A DNA stretch of 64,000 nucleotides, taken from positions 100 through 64,099 of the forward strand of contig CAYLRJ010000033.1 of NCBI GenBank assembly GCA_964386185.1, in the 5' to 3' direction. Origin of the DNA: an uncultured Anaerolineaceae bacterium (GTDB taxonomy: Bacteria; Chloroflexota; Anaerolineae; Anaerolineales; DRMV01). This document shows, piece after piece, positions 46,672-53,754 of this stretch (position 1 is its first letter; each line of letters opens with the position of its first letter). The position numbers and the translations under genes were made by a program. Under the pieces are notes generated by a model. It made no database searches, was not told where the DNA came from, and saw only the letters and a list, made by a program, of their open reading frames with translations.

Positions 46672-46700
46672 TTGACGAAATTTTCAAGCGCGTGTAATCT
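46672..46700 (+). promoter_or_regulatory. Sigma70-type promoter
   Basis: TTGACG - 17 nt - TAATCT, 54 nt before the ATG at 46754. Confidence 0.55.
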
Positions 46701-46753
46701 AAAGAAGAGCAAGTCAGCACGTTGCCTCGGCAACGGCAAGCGGGAGTAAAAGC

Positions 46754-47272
46754 ATGGATATTTTAGAATTAGTGGACCGGCTGGAAGAACTCTTCAACGA
46801 AAGCCGCGCGGTGCCTTTTACGCACAACGTCATCGTGGACGAAGACCGCATGCTGGATATCATTGACCAGATGCGGGTGACCATTCCCGAAGAGGTGCGC
46901 AAAGCGCGGCAGCTGCTCAACCAGCGAGAGCGCATTTTGGCGCAGGCCAAAGAAGAGGCTCGCCGCACCATTCAACTGGCCCAGCAGCAGAAAGAAGAAA
47001 TGCTCCGGCGCGATGCTATCGTGCAGGAAGCCGAAGCCATGGCGGCGGAAATCATCGCCCAGGCCCGTGCCGACGCTGAAGCCATCCGTCGCGAAGCCGA
47101 CGCGTATGCGTTGCAATCGTTGGAACGGCTGGAAATGCAGCTGGAGCGGATGATGGGTGAGGTGCACAACGGCATTGAGGCTTTGCGCCAAACGACTCAA
47201 GCCCCCGCGGCCTCCGCAGAGCCGCGGGCAGACGCGCCGCCAGAGGGTGAAATACCCCCTGCAGAAGGTTGA
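46754..47272 (+). CDS. Coiled-coil protein, hypothetical
   Basis: 172 aa, no TM. The long charged helix QAKEEARRTIQLAQQQKEEMLRRDAIVQEAEAMAAEIIAQARADAE has no motif I can place. Confidence 0.5.
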   Translation: MDILELVDRLEELFNESRAVPFTHNVIVDEDRMLDIIDQMRVTIPEEVRKARQLLNQRERILAQAKEEARRTIQLAQQQKEEMLRRDAIVQEAEAMAAEIIAQARADAEAIRREADAYALQSLERLEMQLERMMGEVHNGIEALRQTTQAPAASAEPRADAPPEGEIPPAEG

Positions 47273-47295
47273 CACGCTGTTGGTTGTGGTATAAT
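47269..47295 (+). promoter_or_regulatory. Promoter of tRNA-Arg(CCG)
   Basis: TTGACA (overlapping the upstream stop codon) - 15 nt - TATAAT with an extended-10 TGG. Ends 11 nt before the tRNA. Confidence 0.55.
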
Positions 47296-47306
47296 AGCCG
47301 CCGCTC

Positions 47307-47378
47307 GCCCCCATAGCTCAGTGGATAGAGCGTCGGCCTCCGGAGCCGAAGACCCGCGTTCGAGTCGCGGTGGGGGCA
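47307..47378 (+). tRNA. tRNA-Arg (anticodon CCG)
   Basis: Acceptor GCCCCCA/TGGGGGC, anticodon arm TCGGC-CTCCGGA-GCCGA, T arm CCGCG-TTCGAGT-CGCGG. Confidence 0.9.
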
Positions 47379-47393
47379 CACGCGAATGTTTTT

Positions 47394-47420
47394 ACCCACG
47401 GTAAAGCCGTGGGTTTTTTG
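47394..47420 (+). terminator. Rho-independent terminator after tRNA-Arg
   Basis: acccacgg-taaag-ccgtgggt followed by TTTTTTG. Confidence 0.8.
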
Positions 47421-47621
47421 TTTGCCCCCTCTTGCCATGCCCCGACTTGGGCTGCGGCAGGTGTGGGAAGCGCTCACTGATACATGGCGCGCTATCGTTT
47501 GGGCTTGGGGCAGGGGTGCTTTCTTAAGGCTTGGTGAGAATCGTGGCAATTTTTTAAAAAACATCGTGTTTTGCCCAACGTTGGGGTACAATAGGCGCTG
47601 TATAAAGAATTACTCTAAATT

Positions 47622-47627
47622 GATAAT
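47622..47627 (+). promoter_or_regulatory. Candidate -10 box GATAAT
   Basis: Lies in an AT-rich island. The ATG at 47636 is 8 nt downstream with no SD. Confidence 0.35.
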
Positions 47628-47635
47628 GTCGTCCC

Positions 47636-49780
47636 ATGAAAATTTTTGCATTGACACCTTCATTAATCTGGTTGGGCGGCTTGTTTTTGGGAATCTTGGC
47701 ATGGTGGGGTGAGCGGGCAGCGGTTTGGGGCTTGCCTCATTGGCAATGTGGGTTGGGGGTGCAGGCCTTGGGGGGGCTCTATATCCTTTGGGAGACTTAC
47801 CGCCATCGCTCGGCCAATCGGCCGACGCCGGACGAGCCTTGTTATCGCACCTTGGGCTTGGCGAACGCGCTCAGTGTGAGCCGTGGGTTGGTGTTGGCGT
47901 GGTTGGCGGGCTTCCTGTGCATTGGGTGGCCTCCAGAGGGATGGCTGCGTTGGATGCCTGGCCTTTTGTTTACCCTTGCCATCTTGGCCGATTTTGCCGA
48001 TGGTTTGTTGGCGCGGCTGACTCGGCGCGGTTCGTTGCTCGGCAAATATTTAGATTTGCACCTTGACAGTTTGGGCGTGCTCATTGCTTCGTTGCTGGTG
48101 GTGCGCTTTGGGCAAATGCCTTGGTGGTTTGCCCTGACCGGTCTTGCGCGCTATCTTTCTTTGGCGGGGGAGGCGTGGCTCAAAAAGCGTGGGGTTGCGT
48201 TGCGTCCCCTGCCGCCCAGTGCCAGCCGCCGCGCCTTTGCCGGCGTGATGATGGGGCTGCTCGCGGCTTTGCTTTACCCCATCTTTCGCCCCCCGGCCAC
48301 CGTAGTGGTGGGCACCTTGTTGTTTGTGCCGTTCATCCTTGGCTTTGGGCGCGATTTCTTAGCGCAGGCAGGGGTGCGCTGGGCTGCGGAAGCCCCCTGG
48401 ATGCGGCTGACGTTTTGGCAGCCGCGCGTGTTGCCAGGGGTGCGGGTGGCTACGGGCGGGCTGGCCATCGCCCTTGGCTGGTTGAGGCCCTTAGGAGCCG
48501 GCGCTGCCCCTTCCGCAGCCTTGGGGGTCTTGGGCGCTTTGGGGTTGCTGTTGGCTGTGGGGGTGCTGCCGCGTTTCACCGGGGCAGCGTTGTTGGCGTG
48601 GCTGGCCGCGCCTTTGGCTGCTGTTGTGACCCAAGGGCCGTTTGTGGTGCTGGCTGCAGGCGCTGCCGTGGCTTTGCTTTGGGGCGGGGGGCGATTTTGC
48701 CTCTGGGCGCCTGACGATTACCTCTTCCTCCATCGGGTGGGGGGCGCATCGGCCGCTTGTTGCGCCAGCGCCCAACGCTGGAAAGACGCCCTCGCCACCC
48801 ACCTCGCTCGCCCGCGCGTGAGGCGGGTGCTCCTCTGGGGGGTGGTGGCGGCTTTGCTGGGGTGGTCTTTGCACAATGTGCCCCTGGATGACCTGTGGCG
48901 CACGGTCACCCACCTCAGCCCGGCTGCTTTGGCCGCGCTCATCGCGTTGAATTTGCTGATTTTGTGGATGTTTGCTGGGCGAGGATGGCTCTTGCTGAGG
49001 GCGTTGGGCTATCGCATCCCTTATCGCCGCCAGGTGGCCTACCGCATCGCCGCGTTTAGCGTCAACTACTTCACGCCTGGCCCGCAATTTGGCGGCGAGC
49101 CGCTGCACATTTCCCTCCTTCACCATCACAGCGGCGTCCCTTGGGAAAGCGCCCTCACCATGGTTGCAGTGGATAAGCTGTTTGAGATGACCGTCAACAC
49201 TGCCTTCCTGCTGATGGGCACGGGCGTGTTGATGAGTATGGATTTGCTCCCCAAGGGCGCACAAAAACCTTTGTTAGGCATTGTGGTGACGCTGGTCCTG
49301 CTGCCCTTGGTTTATTTTGCTTTGTTGGCGCGGGGTTTTTCTCCCGCGCGTGCGTTGGCACAATGGCTGAAACCGCACAAAAAGACGAGCCGGATCGCAC
49401 ATCTCTTGCGCCGTGTAGCCGATGCCGAAACGCAAGCCGGCCGTTTGTTTCGTCAACATCCAAAAGTGATGGTGCAAGCCTTGGGCATTTCGTTGTTCAC
49501 TTGGGCGTTGCTGATTGCGGAATACGCCCTGATGCTCTGGGCAGTGGGTTTGCGCCTGTCGTTTTGGGAAATCATCGCCATCCTCACCGCGGCGCGATGG
49601 GCTTTTCTCTCGCCGACGCCGAGCGGTTTGGGCGCGTTGGAAGCCGGGCAAGTGCTGGCCATGCGAACTTTGGGATACGACCCGGCTTTAGGCATCACGG
49701 TGAGCCTCCTCATCCGAGCTCGCGACATCGTCGTGGGCTTGTTGGGCGTAGGGATCGCCAAGCACTTCTCTGCCGCGTAA
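47636..49780 (+). CDS. Fusion protein: CDP-alcohol phosphatidyltransferase domain + MprF-type flippase-like (LPG-synthase-TM/UPF0104) domain
   Basis: Exact DGx2ARx8Gx3Dx3D motif (DGLLARLTRRGSLLGKYLDLHLD) in the N-terminal third. The C-terminal half is polytopic with ...FAGRGWLLLRALGYRI...FSVNYFTPGPQFGGEPL, typical of the flippase-like family (from memory). Confidence 0.7.
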   Translation: MKIFALTPSLIWLGGLFLGILAWWGERAAVWGLPHWQCGLGVQALGGLYILWETYRHRSANRPTPDEPCYRTLGLANALSVSRGLVLAWLAGFLCIGWPPEGWLRWMPGLLFTLAILADFADGLLARLTRRGSLLGKYLDLHLDSLGVLIASLLVVRFGQMPWWFALTGLARYLSLAGEAWLKKRGVALRPLPPSASRRAFAGVMMGLLAALLYPIFRPPATVVVGTLLFVPFILGFGRDFLAQAGVRWAAEAPWMRLTFWQPRVLPGVRVATGGLAIALGWLRPLGAGAAPSAALGVLGALGLLLAVGVLPRFTGAALLAWLAAPLAAVVTQGPFVVLAAGAAVALLWGGGRFCLWAPDDYLFLHRVGGASAACCASAQRWKDALATHLARPRVRRVLLWGVVAALLGWSLHNVPLDDLWRTVTHLSPAALAALIALNLLILWMFAGRGWLLLRALGYRIPYRRQVAYRIAAFSVNYFTPGPQFGGEPLHISLLHHHSGVPWESALTMVAVDKLFEMTVNTAFLLMGTGVLMSMDLLPKGAQKPLLGIVVTLVLLPLVYFALLARGFSPARALAQWLKPHKKTSRIAHLLRRVADAETQAGRLFRQHPKVMVQALGISLFTWALLIAEYALMLWAVGLRLSFWEIIAILTAARWAFLSPTPSGLGALEAGQVLAMRTLGYDPALGITVSLLIRARDIVVGLLGVGIAKHFSAA

Positions 49781-49824
49781 GCGCTCATCTTTTTGTGGGA
49801 GAATCTTACCCGGGAGTGAGAACC

Positions 49825-50466
49825 ATGACGAACAATCCAGACCTCATTGTCAAACGCATGGTATGCGCCCGCATACCTACGGAAGAGGGCGAGTTTCAAC
49901 TCTGCCTTTACGACAACAACCGAGACGATAAAGAGCACCTTGCCTTGGTGATGGGCGACGTCAGCGGGCCTGACGTGTTGGTGCGCATTCATTCGGAATG
50001 TTTTACCGGTGATGTGCTTGGTTCCCGCCGCTGTGACTGCGGCGACCAATTGCACTACGCCATGAGCCTGATTGCCCGCGAAGGACGAGGGGTGGTGGTC
50101 TATCTTCGGCAGGAAGGCCGAGGCATCGGCCTGTTGGAGAAACTCAAGGCTTACAACCTGCAAGATCAAGGCTACGACACGGTAGAAGCCAACTTGGCCT
50201 TAGGCCACCAGGCCGATGAGCGCGATTACGACCTCGGCGTGGCCATTTTGCGCGACCTTGGGGTGGCGTCTGTCCGTTTGATTACCAACAACCCTTCCAA
50301 AATCAACGCCTTAGAGGAAGCCGGCATGCCCGTGGTGGCTCGGGTGCCGGCTCTGGCGCCCATTCACGAAGACAACGCGGCCTATCTCAAAACCAAGGTG
50401 GAGCGAATGCACCATTTGATTGATTTGGCCGATGTTCACCTCAAGCGCGGCTCTCAAGAGCAATGA
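49825..50466 (+). CDS. ribA: GTP cyclohydrolase II
   Basis: HSECFTGDVLGSRRCDCGDQL zinc motif, YLRQEGRGIGL and KAYNLQDQGYDTVEAN. SD GGGAGTGAG. Confidence 0.9.
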   Translation: MTNNPDLIVKRMVCARIPTEEGEFQLCLYDNNRDDKEHLALVMGDVSGPDVLVRIHSECFTGDVLGSRRCDCGDQLHYAMSLIAREGRGVVVYLRQEGRGIGLLEKLKAYNLQDQGYDTVEANLALGHQADERDYDLGVAILRDLGVASVRLITNNPSKINALEEAGMPVVARVPALAPIHEDNAAYLKTKVERMHHLIDLADVHLKRGSQEQ

Positions 50467-51191
50467 TGATGGCGAGAGACCCGGTAGCGCTCATTCGGGC
50501 GGCGCGTCCTCGGCCACCGTGTCGGCGGCCGCTGGTCACGGTGACCTTTGCCCAAAGTTTAGACGGCAGCATTGCCGTGCGCCGTGGTGAGCGGTTGGTG
50601 CTCAGTGGCCCGGAAACCAAGCATCTCACCCATCGGTTGAGGGCTGCCCACGATGCCATTTTGGTGGGCATCAACACGGTTTTGGCCGACGACCCTCGCC
50701 TGACGGCTCGCCTGGTAGGGGGGCCTCACCCTCGGCCGGTGGTGCTGGATAGCCGCTTGCGCATGCCCGCGCAGGCCCGCTTGTGGGCGCATCCTCAAGG
50801 GGTGATTTTAGCCACCGGCCCCGACGCGCCCCCCCAGCGGGTGGAAGCCCTCACCGCGCGCGGCGCACAGGTGCTCACGCTGCCGCGCCGCGCCGACGGT
50901 TTGGATTTGGAAGCCTTGCTCGTTGCCCTGGCTGAGCACGGTTTGTGTAGCCTGATGGTGGAAGGAGGCGCGCGGGTGCTGGCTTCGTTTTTGCGGCATC
51001 GGCTGGCCGATTGGCTGGTGCTCACCATCACGCCGCATCTCATCGGCGGCGTGCCATCGTTGGCTGCCCCACCCCTCCCGGACCCCGCGCCGCCTTCCGA
51101 GGCCGCACGCTTCCCGGCTTTGGAAGCCTGGCATACCGCGGTCATGGGCCGAGATTTGGTCGTTTGGGGAAGGATACAATGGCCACAATAA
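50463..51191 (+). CDS. Stand-alone RibD C-terminal-type reductase (diaminohydroxyphosphoribosylaminopyrimidine reductase family)
   Basis: VTVTFAQSLDGSIA..., ILVGINTVLADDPRLT and LMVEGGARVL. No deaminase domain. ATGA overlap with the ribA stop. Confidence 0.8.
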   Translation: MMMARDPVALIRAARPRPPCRRPLVTVTFAQSLDGSIAVRRGERLVLSGPETKHLTHRLRAAHDAILVGINTVLADDPRLTARLVGGPHPRPVVLDSRLRMPAQARLWAHPQGVILATGPDAPPQRVEALTARGAQVLTLPRRADGLDLEALLVALAEHGLCSLMVEGGARVLASFLRHRLADWLVLTITPHLIGGVPSLAAPPLPDPAPPSEAARFPALEAWHTAVMGRDLVVWGRIQWPQ

Positions 51192-52225
51192 CCCGAACAG
51201 CCCTCTACTTTACCGCACCTTATCGGGTCGAAGTGCGCACCGAGCGGTTGGATGGCCCTGCCCCAGGGCAGTTGCGGGTGCGGGTGGCCTACTCGGCCAT
51301 CAGCCCAGGCACGGAGATGCTGATTTATCGGGGGCAAATGCCCCAGGGCATGCCCACCGACGCGTCTATCGCGGCCCTGGGCGGCACCTTGGCCTACCCG
51401 CTCAAATATGGCTATGCTACCGTGGGGCAGGTCGAGGCCGTGGGCGACGGCGTGTCGCGGTCTTGGTTGGGGCGTTGGGTGTTTGCTTTCCAGCCCCACC
51501 AGAGCCATTACCTGGCCTCGCCCGACGACGTTTTGCCGTTGCCCGCGGAGGTTTCCCCCGAAGACGCGGCCTTCCTGCCCAACACTGAGACCGCGGTCAA
51601 CTTCGTGATGGATGGCCGCCCAGGGATTGGCGAGCGGGTGGTCGTTTTTGGCCAGGGTATCGTCGGGCTGTTGACCACCGCGTTGTTGGCGCGCTTCCCC
51701 CTGGAGCGCCTCGTGGTGTTAGACCGCTTCCCCCTGCGGCGGGAAACCGGCCTCTCGTTGGGCGCGCATCGGGCTCTGGACCCGGACGCGGCCGATGTAG
51801 CCACCGCGCTGACCGACCTTTTGGGCGCCCCCCAAGGAACGGGCGGCGCCGATTTGGTGTATGAGCTCAGCGGCGCGCCCGCAGCCTTAAACATGGCCAT
51901 CGCTATTACGGGTTTCGATGGCCGGGTTGTGATTGGTTCGTGGTATGGCCAAAAGCGGGCGCCTTTGGATTTGGGCGGCCACTTCCACCGGAGCCGCATG
52001 CGCCTGTTGAGCAGCCAGGTGAGCACTTTGGCCCCCCAACACACCGGCCGCTGGAACAAGGCACGACGCATGGCGTTGGCCTGGCAATCTGTGGCTGCAT
52101 TGCACCCCGCGACGCGCTTTGTGACCCATCGTTTTCCGGCTACGGATGCCCCCGCTGCTTATGCCCACATTGACCAACACCCTGAGTCTACGTTGCAGGT
52201 GCTGTTGACATGGCAAGACGCCTAA
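51179..52225 (+). CDS. Medium-chain dehydrogenase/reductase (MDR) lacking the canonical catalytic-zinc ligands
   Basis: GroES-like and Rossmann parts (VVVFGQGIVGLL). ISPGTEM replaces CGxD and GYATVG replaces GHE. 13-nt overlap with the upstream gene. Confidence 0.7.
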   Translation: MATITRTALYFTAPYRVEVRTERLDGPAPGQLRVRVAYSAISPGTEMLIYRGQMPQGMPTDASIAALGGTLAYPLKYGYATVGQVEAVGDGVSRSWLGRWVFAFQPHQSHYLASPDDVLPLPAEVSPEDAAFLPNTETAVNFVMDGRPGIGERVVVFGQGIVGLLTTALLARFPLERLVVLDRFPLRRETGLSLGAHRALDPDAADVATALTDLLGAPQGTGGADLVYELSGAPAALNMAIAITGFDGRVVIGSWYGQKRAPLDLGGHFHRSRMRLLSSQVSTLAPQHTGRWNKARRMALAWQSVAALHPATRFVTHRFPATDAPAAYAHIDQHPESTLQVLLTWQDA

Positions 52226-52246
52226 ACCCACCCGAGGAGATGCCTT

Positions 52247-52624
52247 ATGTACACCGTTGCCGTACAGCGTGATTTCATTGCCCAACATTATCTGATTGGT
52301 GGCGATTGGGGCCCCGAAAACCAACCCCACGCTCATCACTACAAGGTAGAAGTCCAACTCTCAGGCCCCAGTTTGGACCAACACGGCTATTTGGTAGATA
52401 TTGTGGACATCGAGCGCCGCCTGGACGCATTGGTGCAGCGCTATCGTAACGCCACCCTCAATGCCTTGCCCGAATTTGAAGGGCTCAACCCCAGCATTGA
52501 ACACTTTGCCCGCATCTTCTGCCAGGCCTTTGCCGAAGGTTTGACCCAACCTAACGTCACGCGCCTCACCGTCAAAATTTGGGAAAACGACATCGCGTGG
52601 GCTGCTTATCAAATGGAGCGTTGA
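52247..52624 (+). CDS. 6-pyruvoyl-tetrahydropterin synthase/QueD-like T-fold protein (divergent)
   Basis: 125 aa. By-eye alignment to E. coli QueD: FIAQHYL and PHAHHY keep the three His, and KIWEND keeps the Glu. SD GAGGAG. Confidence 0.7.
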   Translation: MYTVAVQRDFIAQHYLIGGDWGPENQPHAHHYKVEVQLSGPSLDQHGYLVDIVDIERRLDALVQRYRNATLNALPEFEGLNPSIEHFARIFCQAFAEGLTQPNVTRLTVKIWENDIAWAAYQMER

Positions 52625-53754
52625 TGCGGATTGGCCTGGTCATTTACGGCAGTTTAGATACGGTTTCTGGCGGCTATCTGTACGATCGCCATCTGGTGCG
52701 GGTGTTGAGGGCGCGCGGGCATACAGTGCAGGTTGTATCTTTGCCGTGGGAAAGCTATCCGCGGCGGCTGTGGCACAATGTGTTGCCCTCTGTGCGACAG
52801 CGGCTCGCCACCGCGGCGGTGGATCTCTGGCTGCAAGACGAGCTCAACCACCCCTCGCTCTTCTGGCTCAACGCGCAGTTGCGCAAGGTTGTAGCAGCGC
52901 CGGTGGTGTCTATTGTGCATCACCTGCGGAGCGACGAGCGTCACCCCGCGTGGTTGTTGCCGGTTTATCGGGCCGTGGAGCGGCGTTATTTGCGCAGCGT
53001 GGATGGCTTTCTCTGCAACAGCCGCACCACGTGCGCACGCGTTGCCTGGCTGCTTGGCCGCCCGCCGCGGCGAAAATGGGTGGCCTATCCGGCCGCTGAC
53101 CGCTTTGCACCGCGCGGGGTGTTGCCCGTTGCCGAGGAAACCGTCCTGGCCCGCGCCCAACAGCCAGGGCCTTTGCGGGTGCTCTTTGTCGGAAATTTGA
53201 TCCGCCGCAAAGGCTTACCAACCCTGTTGAAGGCCTTGGCGCGTGTGTCGCCGGAAACCGCGGTGTTGGACGTGGTGGGCCGAGAGGATGTGGAGCCCGC
53301 CTACGCCCGCCAGATGCACGCCTTGGCCGACCGTCTGGGGTTGGCCCAGCGGGTGCGCTTTCACGGCTATCAAGACGACGACGGCTTGGCGTCTCTGCTT
53401 CGGCAGGCTCATGTTTTGGCTGTTCCCTCGGAATATGAAGGCTTTGGCATTGTCTATCTCGAAGGGATGGCTTTTGGCCTTCCGGCGCTGGCGGGCAACC
53501 GAGGGGCAGCCCATGAAATCATCACCCCTGGCGAAAACGGCGACTTGTTGCCGCCCCACGACCCAGCCCCTTGGGCTGCTGCCCTGGCTCGTTTGCATCT
53601 GGACCGCGGCCTCTTGGCGCGGATGGGGTTGGCCGCGCAAGCCCGTTTTCGCCGCCACCCCACGTGGGATGAAAGCCTGGGCGCAGCCGAAGCCTGGCTC
53701 CGCCAGTGGGTCGCTCCGTCTTCTTCCCCCTCTTCTTCCCCTGCGTTGCGATGA
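52624..53754 (+). CDS. GT4-family glycosyltransferase
   Basis: MRIGLVIYGSLDTVSGGYLY... and the C-terminal VPSEYEGFGIVYLEGMAFGLPAL (E-x7-E region). TGATG overlap with the upstream stop. Confidence 0.85.
   Translation: MRIGLVIYGSLDTVSGGYLYDRHLVRVLRARGHTVQVVSLPWESYPRRLWHNVLPSVRQRLATAAVDLWLQDELNHPSLFWLNAQLRKVVAAPVVSIVHHLRSDERHPAWLLPVYRAVERRYLRSVDGFLCNSRTTCARVAWLLGRPPRRKWVAYPAADRFAPRGVLPVAEETVLARAQQPGPLRVLFVGNLIRRKGLPTLLKALARVSPETAVLDVVGREDVEPAYARQMHALADRLGLAQRVRFHGYQDDDGLASLLRQAHVLAVPSEYEGFGIVYLEGMAFGLPALAGNRGAAHEIITPGENGDLLPPHDPAPWAAALARLHLDRGLLARMGLAAQARFRRHPTWDESLGAAEAWLRQWVAPSSSPSSSPALR

Noticed and set aside
46754-47272. Annotating the 172-aa coiled-coil protein as ATP synthase subunit b or DivIVA
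   Set aside because: It has no N-terminal TM helix, no neighbouring atp genes and no DivIVA signature. It is left as hypothetical.
49781-49824. FMN riboswitch upstream of ribA
   Set aside because: Only 44 nt are available and they show none of the conserved FMN-element helices. Its absence is used as an argument in finding 1.
49825-50466. RibA as a FAPy-forming GCH II variant (as reported for one Streptomyces paralogue with Met in place of the active-site Tyr)
   Set aside because: The Tyr is present (KLKAYNLQ), so the canonical product is expected.
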